This document shows positions 27,700 through 40,440 of a stretch of DNA of 64,000 nt, in pieces. The notes beneath the pieces were generated by a model. That model saw only the letters and a program-made list of their open reading frames with translations. It was not told where the DNA came from and ran no database searches. Each line of letters starts with the position of its first letter. Position 1 is the stretch's first letter. Position numbers and translations under genes: made by a program. Source of the DNA: Eledone cirrhosa (lineage: Eukaryota); contig OZ024744.1 of assembly GCA_964016885.1 (NCBI GenBank), forward strand, positions 80,848,001 to 80,912,000. Direction: 5' to 3'.

Positions 27700-28291
27700 A
27701 CTGTATATATTCATGTAAAAGTCAAATCTTTTAGACCATTTTTTAAGGTTGAATTTATGGGGTCGACTTTTACATGGATAATTATTTTGAGGGGCTTGAA
27801 ATTCAAGCTAGAATCCAAAGTAGCATATCAGTAGGAGAAGCATAACAGATCTCTAAATGAATAAAAACAAAAACACAATGAATTTCAATAATATTACTGA
27901 TTCTATGCATCAAAACACACGTTCTAGTAAATAACAAAATCCATAAACAAAGCTGCATAGCTCTTATAAATATTTACACTTGCTCTTTTACTTGTATCCA
28001 TCAAACTCAACAGCCTAGCTTAATACAATCAATTTATATCTCATAATTACTGTATATTACTATGGGTAATATAGTTACTAGTATGATACTACCTACGGTA
28101 ATACTGTGCACATGGCCGATACCTCCTTGGCGTGTTTCACATCACAACTCTCCAATCACATTATTTTCATATATGTGAAATACCAGGGTCGACTTTTATA
28201 CAAGGTCTATGGAAAATTCCAGATTTTTTTTGCCCCAAAATAAGGGGACGACTTTTACATGAGATCAAGTATTACTCAAGTATATATGGTA
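27700..28291. mobile_element. pogo/Tigger-type MITE
   Basis: TA-ctgtatatattcatgtaaaagtc ... tattactcaagtatatatgg-TA, with internal gacttttacat repeats. Confidence 0.55.
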
Positions 28292-28319
28292 TATATATAT
28301 ATATATATTAATATAGATA

Positions 28320-29406
28320 TATGATGTAGTGGGATCACAGGTAAGCTAACTAAGAACATAGATTTTACATGTGGCCGGTGTTCTGGTGCAATAAGTAGCA
28401 GCAAGTGCCCACACAATACTAGCTCTTTCAATTGCGCAGAGGGTTCTATAGAAATAGTGGACAGCTTCCGTTACCTGGGCGATAAAATCAGCAGTGGGGG
28501 AGGGTGCTCTGAAAGTACTGTAGCTAGAGTCAGAACTGGTTGGAAAAAGTTCAGAGAGCTTATACCACTATTAGCTGCTAAAGGGTTCTCCCTAAAAATG
28601 AAAGGCAGGTTGTACGATGCCTGCATACGAACAGCAATGTTGCATGGCAGTGAGACCTGGGCATTGTGTGCAGAGGATATACGCAGACTAGAGAGGAACG
28701 AAGCTTGCATGCTCCGCTGGATGTGTAACAGTAATATACGTGAACGGCAAAGCATAAACGAACTAAGGAAAAAATTAGAGATAAGAGGGATCAGATGTTG
28801 TTTACTCGAGAGAAGGCTACGTTGGTATGGACACGTGATGCGCATGAAAGTCGATAGCTGTATAACAAAGTGCAGGGCAATAAAGATAGACGGTAGCCAC
28901 GGAATAGGCAGACCTAGAAAAACCTGGGACGAGCTGATAAACTCCGACCTCACACACTTACACCTCTCCAAGACAATGTCACTGGACCGAGACCTTTGGC
29001 GGTACTCAGTAACAGAGAAGACCCGCCTTGCCAGTAGGCATCTCTAACAAAATACACCCCGTCCCACCACCACCACCCCCACCCCATCCACACCACCCCG
29101 TCCTATGTAAAGTTATGTTGGTGCCGCGCCATCCGGGCCGAAACAAATGAGATCGTGTAGGTGTCACGACAAAAAAACACACAGTCCACGCTGTAATGTG
29201 GCCGTGTAGGCAACACGGTAAAAACCTCCCAGACCCACACTGTAAATGTGGTTGGTGTTAGGAAGGGCATCCAACTGTAGAAAACCTGCCAGACAGTCCT
29301 ATGCGAGCAAGACAATCACTCTTGCCTCAAGTGGGACTACCCCCGTCCAAACCCATGCAAGCGTGGAACACGGACGTTAAACGTTGATGATGATGATGAT
29401 GATGAT
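28320..29406 (+). mobile_element. 5'-truncated RTE LINE 3' end
   Basis: ORF 28457..29047 is highly similar to the C-terminus of ORF 1138..2553. (ATG)n tail. Confidence 0.9.
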
Positions 29407-31289
29407 ATAGATATTTTTTTTTTTTAGCTAAAAGTAGTTCATCAGATTGAAAATGTTCCTGACCCTTGATGTAGAGTTATAGAAAAAAAAATCAAATTTT
29501 AGCAAACGTGTATATATATATATCTTTTGATGAACTCAGAGTTCTAAACCTTAAGAGATGTTTATATTTTTTGTAATTCTTGAAATAAGAGGAGAAAGAA
29601 AAGTCTGAAATGTCAAAAAAAAAAAAAAAAGGGAGAAAACATTTTAACCCTTTCGATACCAATCCACCTGGAACAATTCTGGATTTATGATACCAAACTG
29701 CTCATTTAAAAGTGTTTATATTTATATTAAAATCGTCCATCATAATTTTCTTTTAGAAATTATTCTTAAGTAATGTTCTAAATATCAGCTTACTAATAAA
29801 AAAAAAACTTAGTTATTTTATTAAATTCCTCCAAATTAATTGAAATATACAGATTGTGTATTTGATTAAAAATAAGGTAACGAGAGTCAAATTTTAAATT
29901 ACAGACTGTTCCTTTGGATATTCTGACCACATGTTCATAGTATCAGAGATGTGATTTTTTTAAATTCAGAGAGATAGCTCTACCTGATGCAACTCCCTGT
30001 CCTCTGAACTAAGCACTTTATCGGAGAAATCCCATTTTGGCTGCTTTTATTAGCACGATTGTATTCTTTAGGCGATTACCTAAGATTCATGACTATAGTT
30101 AAGGGTTTGCATGAATACCAATCTGAAGATAGCGAGTTAGACGTTTACACTGTGATACCTTCTTCTGACCAAATGCTGATGCTGGCACATTACTGCACCA
30201 GCTCCTGCAATTCTTGCACTTAATTCAGCTTCGAGATACTTGAACTTCTCCACTTGCTTCAGTGGAACTCCACTCACATCATCATCATCATCATTACTGT
30301 TTAATGTCCAGTTTTCTATGTGAGCATGGGTTAGACAAGTTATCCCATTGTGAGGCAAGTCAGATCAGATGACTGTGTCTTGCTCATGCAGAAATCTTTT
30401 TGGCTTAGTCTCTATAGCTGAATGACCTTCATTAATGGCAATTACATTTACAGTGTGGGCTGGGCACTTTTTGTCATGTCACCAACACAACCACTTTAAA
30501 GTGTGGACGATGCACTTTTTGTCAAATCACCAACATGACCACTTTACAGTGTGGACAGGGTGTTTTTTGTCCCCTCACCAACACAACCACTTTACAGTGT
30601 AGACTAGGTGTTTTTGTCATGGCACCAACACGACCACATAGGTACTTTTACGCACCTTACCTAAACTAAAAATAACTCTTTTGTTATTTCCAAGATCTTA
30701 GATATTCTATCAATAAATGGCAAAACAGAGAGCCATCTAGTCACAACATAGCAGTTACGGAAATGGGTTATAGGTTTTTTTTCTTGTGTATTAGTTTATT
30801 TTAGGTTATTGTTCACCTAATTACAATCTGAGATCAGCCATCAGTTTCCAGGGCCCACCATAGGGGGAGGGGGGGGGGGGGGGTCAACAATCTTGGGCCC
30901 TAGGAGTAAGGTAAAGTCTGTGAAGCTGAGGTTGGAGGAAATAGACACTATAATCTGCTTCTCTGTGAAAACTGAAAAGTAAGGGGAAAGTCATCCCTCA
31001 GTGTACTCCTACCCATTTCCCTCACTGACTTTAACAGATGATAATTATCAATATCCATGAAATCACGAAATTCCTTTAACCTTTAGCACGCTGAATTTTT
31101 ATTTTATGAATTGTTTCCCTTGACACTGTATTATATATTAAGGGGAGATTACTCTATCGGCAACTTATGTCGAAGACAGTGCCACAAGGGTTAACTGTGT
31201 GTACCCGGTTTAGAATTGATACACCATATCCCTGCATGTTGTAAGAAGCAACAAAATGTGTTATTGTCATGAAGAGCATCTCAATAATA

Positions 31290-34200
31290 CTAATAATGAA
31301 ATTATTGTGTACAGTGCTCAGGTGCACTACAACTCGTCAAAGGTGCATGTATAGTACATATAATCATATACAAATGTCAGAGAAGTGAACAGTGTATGAG
31401 TCATGATATATCATACATGTGGGCGTGTGTATGGAGGGAGGGGTATCAGATGTAATGTTGGCGAATCTCAGGAAACATGGAGATTTTAAAGGATCCAGTG
31501 TCTCGACAGCTAAACAACTGATGTAGGGAGTTTGTTCCATGGAGGTTTTAAAGGATGCAGTGTCCCAGCAGCTAACAACTGATGCAGGTAGTTTGTTCCA
31601 TGCTTCAGAAACTCTGAGCATGAAAAAATGTTTCAGAAAATCATGGGAGCTGTGCTGTTTTCTGACTGTGTGGGCATGCCCATGTGTGTTAGACACATGG
31701 AAATCAAAAAGGTACTCAGGGTTGTTATTGGTAGGATGGTTAATAATTTTGTGGGTGTTTACCAAGTCAGTTACCAGACGTCGGAGATTCAATGTATCGA
31801 TGCCCAGGGAAGCAAGGCGTTCAGAGTATGGTAGATGCCTGATGGAGGGTATTCGCTTGGTTGCACGTCTCTGAACAGTTTCCAGGCAGTCAATATTCTG
31901 AGCAAGATAGGGGTTCCAGACTGGTGATGCAAATTCTAAGTGTGGCTGCACCATAGCTATATACAGCTTTAAATAGGTAGCTGGAGAATGGCTGACAAAG
32001 GTCTTGCTGAGTGATGCTAAGACACCCTCGGCCTTCTTGACAATTTTAGAGACGTGCTTCGTCCAACACAAATCCCTGCTGACCGTAATGCCCAGGTCAT
32101 GTTCACAAGAAGACTTCTTGATATTAGTGTTGTGGAAGGAGTATGTGGACGCTGGGTTTTTACTCACAAAATGCATGGTGGTACACTTGTCCACAGCCAA
32201 CTTGAGTTGCCAGTCCGTGATCCATTGTTGCATTGTGCCCATGTCAGATTGCAGGCAAGATCTATAGTGTTCAGGATCTGTCCTTTTTATCTCAAGGTAC
32301 AGCTTGATGTCATCTGCATATTTCAGTACTGTGGCATTCTTTAAGTTGGCGTCTATGTCATTAATATATGCCACAAACAAAAGGGGGCCAAGAACAGATC
32401 CCTGTGGTGAGGAATGCTGTCCTAGAACCGTAACTACCTCTCTTTGACTGAGAATAAAGGACTTCAACCAGTTAAAAAGATCATCCTTCACACCCATTGC
32501 AGAGAGTTTTTCCATAAGTATTTTGTGTGGCACAGAATTGAAAGCTTTAGCAAAGTCAAGGTAAACAACATCCACCCATGAGCAGCTATCAGTGATCCGG
32601 GTGATGTCTTCAAGAAACTCGATAAGTTGATCACAGCAGCTGAAATTAGGGATAAATCCAAATTGCGAGGGCCGGATAAGACTGTGAGGGTTCCAGAAGT
32701 TCCAAAGCGTTTCACTGACACAGGATTCCATCAGTTTGGCAATGCAGCTAGTAAGACTGACTAGATGATAGTTGACAGGTGATGTGCGGTCACCCTTTTT
32801 GAACAGAGGAATGACACTGGCAGTTTTCCACTGATCTGGAGTAGTACCGTTGTTCAGACAGAATTGGAAGAAGCGTGATAGCTGGTACAGAAGGAAGTAC
32901 CCATCACATTTGAGAAGCAGGTACATAACATCATCATGACCAGGAGAGGCATGGTTGCATTTATTTTTAAGGTGACATTGCAGCATTGCAGGTGTAAATT
33001 CCATAGTTGTAATAGAATCCGATGTCAGAGGTGGTGGAGATGGTACACTCTGGTCATCAATAGTGAAAATGCCTGCATAGCATTCAGCAATGAACTCTGC
33101 GCATTCCTTGAGGTCATCAGTAACCTGGTTTGTGTGGGGATTGCGAAAAGGACCAACTGGAGAGTGAGGCCTCTGCTTTGAGTGAACATACTTCCAGAAC
33201 ACCTTACTGTCAGGACTGGTTGCTATGCGCTGCTCAAATTGAAGTACTGCCTTTTGTGTCACCTGTTTGAGATGGTTGGATGATTTATTTCCCTTCTTCT
33301 TATTGACATCTGATTTATGCAGTTTGTACTCACGTTCAGCATTACCATGTTCTTTTCTGCCGCAGTCTCCCAAATTGCACTATTGGGATGTTTTTTCTGC
33401 TTACGTGGCACTGATGCTGCACATGCTGTCCATATTGAGTTCAGGATGTTCTGGAGTACAGTGTTGACATCTCCAGAGTTGTAAAACTCAAGCCAGTTTG
33501 GATGTTGCAACTCGGTGCAATAACAGTTCCAGTCTGCTTTATTCCAGTCAAAGTGAGCAGTTTGAGATGGTTGTGGTTTTTGTTACTGCCCATAAGGGAT
33601 AGATTGGCAATGATCATAGCATGATCAGAGTCACCTAAAGGTTCCTCAGTAATAACACTAATAACCATTTCAGGAGTAGTGGTGAAGAGTAGGTCCAAAG
33701 TGTTGTCACATACTTGGGACCAGTTCAAGTCCAGCACTTGCTCAAGGAAGTCATTTTCACTTGGTGGCCAATAAAAGGTTTCCCAATCAATCTCAAGGTG
33801 ATTGAAGTCCTCTGCAATAAAAACATAAGTGGCTGTTTTCCTGGCAACAACTCTGAGGATATCACAAAGTTGAGTGTCCTGATGGTAATTTGGGGGATGG
33901 TAAACGACTCCAAGTAGCAGTGTTGATATGGTCATATGTATATTGCCGAAAAATTTGACCGAACGTAGACCATTACACCACCACCACGATGATTAATGCG
34001 GTCTTTATGAAACAAGTTGTAGCCAGTTATGTTGAAAACCCCATCACAGAGTAAGGAATGTGCCCATGTTTCCATGACTGTAATGAAGTCAGGGTTGATA
34101 CTTTTGACGTAGAAGTAAAAAAGATGAATCTTATTGCATAGACTATGTGCATTCAAGGACAACAATTTGTACCTTGATTCAAGTCTATGCTTATGTGCAA

Positions 34201-34400
34201 GGGATGGTAGGTTGTTCTGATTTAGTTTCCCAGAGTTTTTTCAGTTTTTTTATTGTCAGTTGTTGTGGGTACAGTGTTTTCAGACCAACTGGTATCTCAT
34301 TTCCATGTTTCACCAGCCTTAATAAACTTCCATATCTGCCCATCATAACGTAGGCTGAAGCTTTCATGTTCTGCCGAACTGCAGTAAATATAAAACATTG
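31290..34400 (-). mobile_element. CR1-clade LINE (endonuclease plus RT, frameshifted; ORF1 3' remnant)
   Basis: LNAHSL..ETW..GGGV, GVVYHPP..DFN..LDLLFT..SDH, QFGF, YLDFAKAFNSV, QGSVLGPLLF, YADD, CR1-type C-terminus (HLEFASPVWNP, ETVQRRATK). (AAT)n tail. Confidence 0.92.
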
Positions 34401-35019
34401 CTTCAAAAATGCCAGCATGGAAAATTCGATGTAAAAATGTTGTTGTTGATGATGATGATGATGATGATGACAATGATGTGGTGTTTGTTTATCTGAAATG
34501 CTGAAATGATTGTACATATTGGGGACAATATAATCAACATAAAATTTCAGTTGTTTTTTTGTTTTGTTTTTGTCTGTTCCATTGTGAGCCATAAGAGTTA
34601 AACTATTTACAGGAACAATATATTTTCAGTCAGTGTTGTGTTTTCCATAATCTACACTTAACACTGTCAGCAGTATAGGATATGATATGCAGACACTATA
34701 TTCAGATATAAACATGATAGCTTTAGTTTAGATAGTAGCTGATTTTGTTATTTCTTCTTATGATTCATTGTTATCTCTGTAAAAGTCATGTAAAACCACG
34801 TTACACTGCCTTCTCGAAATAGAAATATCTCAGAAGTATTTTGAAACATTTTGTTGCACTTTTCTTTGAAGTATCACTTACTATAAAAAAAAACTAAAAA
34901 AAACAGGGCAAACCGTCAAACCAAGTACTTTGGGTTCCATTCATTTTGAGTGAAGTAATTTTGAGCGAAGTTATTTTGAGCGAAGTTAATTTTTAGCAAA
35001 GACATTTTGAGTGAAGTTA

Positions 35020-35340
35020 TCCTAAAGCTGACAAGTTCATAGGCTGACCAAGATACTCTCATGGAATGACCAAATGGGAGCATATTCCCTAGAAAGAAAC
35101 AATATAGTTATTATATGAGAAGAGTTGAAATTAATACAAGATTTCACAGCTCTAGCATCACTCCTTTATAGGCTGACCAAGATACTCTCATGGAATGACC
35201 AAATGAGGTTTATTTTTCAACATAGTCTCTGGAAAGAAACAATGCAGTTATTAATAAGAAAAGTTGAAATTAATGCATGCAAGATTTAACAGCTCTAGCA
35301 TATTTGATAGTCAGCCTATGAACCTTTTAGCCAACACAGT
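35020..35340. mobile_element. Mariner-type MITE family (also about 52060-52250 and about 53120-53275)
   Basis: gctga.aagttcataggctgacc ... gtcagcctatgaac.tttagcc inverted ends, present in three copies. Confidence 0.55.
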
Positions 35341-35377
35341 ACCACAGCCTGATTTGTACACGATATTGTTATATATA

Positions 35378-35548
35378 ATTGTTTCTACTTTTGGCACAAG
35401 GCCAGCAATTATTCCAGTGCATTACTGGTACTTTATTTTATCGACCCCGTTAACCTTGGCAGGATTTGAACTCAGACCGTAAAGGGACGTAACTATGCTG
35501 GATAGCATGGTGTCAGACCCTCTACCGATACTGCCAATCTACCGCCCC
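35378..35548 (-). mobile_element. tRNA-derived SINE family 1 (internally deleted)
   Basis: Match to 2974-3159. Confidence 0.8.
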
Positions 35549-35736
35549 TATTGTTATATATACATATATATTGTTATATTATACATATATGAAAAAAAAA
35601 TATCCCATGTCTTTCAATCTACCTATATTATAAAAGAGAATCTGTTTCTCCCTCTGTCTGTTCATCACAATATTTATGTAGGAAGGGGAAAAGGAAGGAG
35701 TGAAATGTTGTTATTGTTGTTGTATGTGTATATATC

Positions 35737-35774
<38 letters not shown>

Positions 35775-36102
35775 TTCATCATCATTCCATTTTACGTCCG
35801 CTTTTCCCTGCTTGCAAGGGTGGGACGGGAACTGATGCTGGCTTGATTTCTACAGCTGGATGCCCTTCCTAACACCAACCTCATTTACAGTGAGTGCTGG
35901 GTGCTTTTTTGCCGTGGCACCTCCACGACCACTTTGCAGTGGAATGATATGGACCTCAGTCCCTATCATCTCATTTCTACAGCTGAGTAAACTGGAGCAA
36001 TGTGAAATAAAGTGTCTTGCTCAAGGAAACAACACATCACCCAGTCTGAGAATTGAACTCACAACCTTTTGATTGCAAAGGCCAATGCTCTAACCACTCA
36101 GT
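35775..36102 (-). mobile_element. tRNA-derived SINE family 2 with RTE-like 3' tail
   Basis: Inverted near-copy of 61051-61386. Confidence 0.8.
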
Positions 36103-36103
36103 C

Positions 36104-36142
<39 letters not shown>

Positions 36143-36144
36143 AA

Positions 36145-36510
36145 CGGAAAAAATGAAACGAAATTTCATTTCCCACTCTTAGTACGGCTGTTACTTAAAT
36201 ATAAGTATGTACACGTACATACATATATGTATACAGACGTACAGTAGTATGTATATATATATACATACATGCACACATATATATATATATGTACGTATGG
36301 ATTCACCGAACATTTATTATAATGCTCGGTGTGTTTGTAAACAAACATCCCGTATTAAGCCGTACGGTGTCTAGCAACCATTGTTGCTCGCTTGATCAAC
36401 ACTGACAAAGGAACGCTGTACTAGTTTCAAGCTTATTAGCTATCGTCAGCAACGTATACCTTCCTGCCAGATAGTTGAACATATATACTTACCTTATGCA
36501 TATTAACGCA
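36145..36510 (-). mobile_element. Hammerhead-carrying non-coding element, family E (partial monomer)
   Basis: Highly similar to 58944-59450. Flanked by (TA)n. Confidence 0.75.
36413..36455 (-). ncRNA. Type I hammerhead ribozyme, family E
   Basis: Minus strand reads ACGTTG-CTGACGA-tAGC taataa GCTt-GAA-ACTAGT-A-CAGCGT. Confidence 0.85.
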
Positions 36511-36596
36511 TATATATATATGTAAATATGTATATATATGTGAGAAATATGTATATATAGATGTGAGAAAAACCACAGACCCTCCATCTCAACTCA

Positions 36597-36634
36597 CCTT
36601 TTGAAAAGCAGAAGAACTGCGAAACCGGTAAAGG
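36597..36634 (+). ncRNA. Minimal type I hammerhead, U3-A8 core variant
   Basis: CCTT-TTGAAAA-GCAG aagaa CTGC-GAA-ACCGGT-A-AAGG. AATAAA at 36640-36645. Confidence 0.8.
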
Positions 36635-36762
36635 AACCAAATAAATATATATATTTTTTAAAATAAGACTCCAGTTGCATTTTCAATTTCATCTCTTTTT
36701 CTTTATACTTTCACTCGTGTAGGACTCCTCGGTTATTTTTCATTTTGTAAAAAAAAACTCAC

Positions 36763-36812
<50 letters not shown>

Positions 36813-37146
36813 AGGTCGTGTAGGTATCATGACAAAAAAACACACAGTCCACGCTGTAATGTGGCCATGTAGGTAAAAACGGTAAAAAGCTCCCAATCCA
36901 CACTGTAAATGTGGTTGGTGTTAGGAAGGGCATCCAGCCGTAGAAAACCTGCCAATCTTGCCTCAAATGGGATAACTCCCGTCTAACCCATACTAGCGTG
37001 GAAGATAGACGTTAAACGATGATGATGATGATTATATATGTAGAAAACCCGCCAGACAGTCCTATGCGAGCAAGACAAACACTCTTGCCTCAAGTGGAAA
37101 AACCCCCGTCCAAACCCATGCAAGCGTGGAACACGGACGTTAAACG

Positions 37147-37468
37147 TTGATGATGATGATGATGATGATGATGGCACTGCCCTCCCATACTCATTATACT
37201 TTTTAATGGTGGTGGTGGTGATGGTGATGATGATGGAGGTGGTGGTGGTGGTGATGATGATGATGATAATGGTGGTGGTGGTGGTGGTGGTGATGATGAT
37301 GATGATAATGGTGGTGGTGATGATGATGATGATGGTGGTGGTGGTGATGATGATGATGATGATAATGGTGGTGGTGGTGGTGGTGATGATGATGATGATG
37401 ATATGATGATGATGGTGATGATGATGAAGATGGTGGTGATTGTGGTGGTGATGATGATGATGATGATA
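37147..37468. repeat. (GAT)n/(GGT)n compound microsatellite
   Basis: Direct inspection. Confidence 0.95.
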
Positions 37469-37685
37469 TTCATTTATTCCGAAATAATTCCGTCTTAGAG
37501 TTACTGCCCAATTAAAATGCCCACCCAAAATGTTCAGAAGCCGCCACGCCTGTCCACTCATCCAACCCCCACACCCCGATCACTCACCTCTCTCAAGCAC
37601 TAGAAGCCTGGTGACATGACACACATGTCATGTGGCTAGAATATTTTCATACGGAGGAACTCTTTTGCTTTAATTTTCCCATTTG

Positions 37686-37858
37686 TTATACTGTTCACTG
37701 TCATGAGTTGCCAATAGATTTTACAACCAAGTTCTGCAACAAAGCTTTCATTCTTTTACTTTGTCTTGATCAATCAAGACAAAGTAAAAGAATGAAAGCT
37801 TTGTTTCAGAACTTGGTTGTAAAATCTATTGGCAACTCATTGACAGTGAAAAGTATAA
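37686..37858. repeat. Near-perfect palindrome, about 85-bp arms, 2-nt loop
   Basis: ...ctttgtcttgat-CA-atcaagacaaag..., centre at 37771-37772. Confidence 0.92.
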
Positions 37859-38173
37859 AACGAACAAAATATTTTATATATATTGATGGGGATATATGCA
37901 TTTTAATATATTTTAATACATATTTAATAGTTATTTAATTAGGCATTAAAGATAAATTGTTTTAAAGTTGTAGTATAATATTAATAGAATATTTTACCTT
38001 ATAATAAAAAATTATAATAATCTAGAATGAGCTAAATTAAATTAAATTAATTGAAGCATATAAATTTGTAATTCACTTAAATATTTGATTGCTATAGAAA
38101 GTAATCTATGCCTAATAATCTGGATATAATATAAACTTATAATTAACTAAAGCGTAATCCAATACAAGCGGTA

Positions 38174-39539
38174 TCTATACTATAAAGCTGACGGCCGTAT
38201 GTAGGTAACAAACTTTCCGCCAAACGGCTGGACCAAACAGCACCAAATTTGCACCATAGATGTAACTTTTTCCAAGTAAAAATGTGAGGGCATTTTTGTC
38301 TACTGAAGTTTGTTAAAAGATTAAAGATATTATTTAAATATTCATTTCTTTAACATTTCAAATGTCAACACTTCCGGTTATACATTATTCCTCACTTTTT
38401 CTTATGACGTTGCACAACATTCCCCCCTTTTTCTTATTCTGTATGTCTGGCTGTCTGCATTAGATAACGTTTTTCGAAAATATTTACTTTTGCGTTCACA
38501 GACTCAGTTTTTAAGTTTCAGAAGATCCCGTTAAAGGTGAAAGCAGCGATTCTTTGCTTAAACTTTAATCTGTTATTTTAATATACAGATATTTTTGCAT
38601 ACACAAAAACAAAAACCTATTTATTTCATGAAAGCACAGATGGCTTATCGTCATTGTTACTGTTCGAGGTTAGAGGACCACAGTCTTTCCAAGATCTGAG
38701 AACCATCAATGGCCATCAATGTTCCACTTACCATTTGGCTTGCCAGATGCGTGGTATGTTACACGATGACAGCCATTGGCACCTCACTCTGCAAGAAGCA
38801 ACAACTGTTAAAGTCCCTTCTCAGCTGCGAAAACGTTTTGCTATTATGCTGCACAACTGCGATCTCACCGACCCTCTCGCACCGTGGAACAAACACCGCG
38901 AAAGTCTAGCTGAGGAAATTCTCCACCGCACACGCAGACACAATCCAAACGTAACATACAATGTCGTTGTCAATGAGACGCTCATTTATCTTGAAAACAG
39001 TGTTCTGGAGATTGGTGGTAGGCCTTTAAGTCACTACAGCTTACCTGCTCCTGACAGGAGTGTCCAGAGGTCAACGTCTACAGAGCTTCTCCATGAGATG
39101 AACTACGAGAATAGTACTTCTCCCATGGTCAATTGTATGTAGGATGCTCTACAGTGAGCTCGCCAAACAATCCCTTCATCTTTGTTCCGGATGGCCGAAC
39201 AAAAAATATTGTATACTCTGAGGCTCTGACAATGAAATTTAAATATTTTCTGTTACTTGGAATTTCCATTATGGTTGTATAAATTATTGTTTCTAAAAAA
39301 TGTGTTCTCTGTTCAGCCTTTATTGTTGTAACTATCAATCTTCTTTAACATACTGGATACTGAACTGGGGAATCCTAAAAACTATTCAAACCCAACAGAG
39401 CACGTTAAGCCCCTCCCCCACCCCACCCTCACTGACTTGAGAGGGCTAGCGGCATCTTTGCACTAGAGTGTAGAGGGGATTCCTGAAAAGATAAGATGCC
39501 GGTATACCTAGCTAGGCGCCAGCTGGACAGGCCAGCTAG
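38174..39539 (+). mobile_element. Internally deleted Helitron
   Basis: A|TC 5' end, 3' hairpin followed by CTAG|T. ORF 38654..39142 matches the RepHel linker (LL..VRGPQSFQDLRT.NG..TY..AC..RG.L.DD..W). About 39120-39230 encodes the helicase C-terminus HGQLYVGCS..TKNIVYSEAL. Confidence 0.88.
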
Positions 39540-39963
39540 TTCACTGATAAATATGAAAAAATTTTTAATTTTTAATTTTGTCTAGCATTTGAATTCAACA
39601 GTTTTTATTCTCCCCTCTATTTTATCCGTTCCTTTTCCTCTTCTTCGTTTTTATTTATTCCCCTTCTTTTTTTTCTTTTTTCTCCCCACATCTTCCCTTT
39701 CTTTTGTTTTTATTCCCCTTCTTCTCTCTCTACATCTCTTTTTTTCTTCTTTTCTTCATTTATTTATTTATTTATTTATTTATTTATTTGTTTATTTCCC
39801 TTCTTTTTCTTCGCATCTTCCTTCTCAACTCCCCTTCTATATTTCTACCTTGCTCTACGTCCTCTTCTTCTCTAAGCTTATCATATTATTTGTGGTATAA
39901 ATCACTGCCACTATTGGAATTGAATAATTAAAACCGTAGCAGTATGTCACATATCCGATCTCT

Positions 39964-40034
39964 TATATATTTTATCTGATGAAAACGTACTTAAACACCA
40001 TTGTACCTTTGAAATATGTATAATAAAATATATA
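39964..40034 (+). ncRNA. Type I hammerhead ribozyme, family F
   Basis: 12-bp stem I TATATATTTTAT/ATAAAATATATA, core CTGATGA, stem II AAAcGTAC..GTACcTTT, GAA-ATATGTAT-A. Confidence 0.85.
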
Positions 40035-40088
40035 TTTTGATTATAAGAATATTTTTCATTTATTAATATTTTGAATAATATATATATA

Positions 40089-40176
<88 letters not shown>

Positions 40177-40376
40177 CCAATGTGGTATTTCAACCCTCAT
40201 AATTTTAGACATACAATTTACTGTGTTTATTTCTACATATATTATATATATATCCAAAATTAAATTAAGGGTGTTATGTCCAAGAGACATGCACCATATC
40301 CACTGTAGAATATGCTCAAAGATTCCAATGAATAGATCCGCATTTACTGTGTAAACACAGATAGTTAAATCTTCTC

Positions 40377-40440
40377 CCTTGTTGAAAATCCAGGATTTGA
40401 CTACTGTGATTTACGGATTGATGGTGAAATATATACAAGG
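40377..40440 (+). ncRNA. Type I hammerhead, U3-A8 core variant with long loop II
   Basis: CCTTG-TTGAAAA-tCCA...TGGt-GAA-ATATAT-A-CAAGG. Stem I extends with AATCTT/AAGATT. Confidence 0.7.

Noticed and set aside
34173-34592. ORF 34191..34592 with apparent splice sites as a host exon
   Set aside because: All frames between the sites contain stops. It lies directly 5' of CR1 ORF2 and is better explained as an ORF1 remnant plus microsatellite.
36983-37561. Long low-complexity ORFs (also 44939-45316, 49873-50415 and the many YI/HT/CV-repeat ORFs)
   Set aside because: Translations of trinucleotide and dinucleotide microsatellites.
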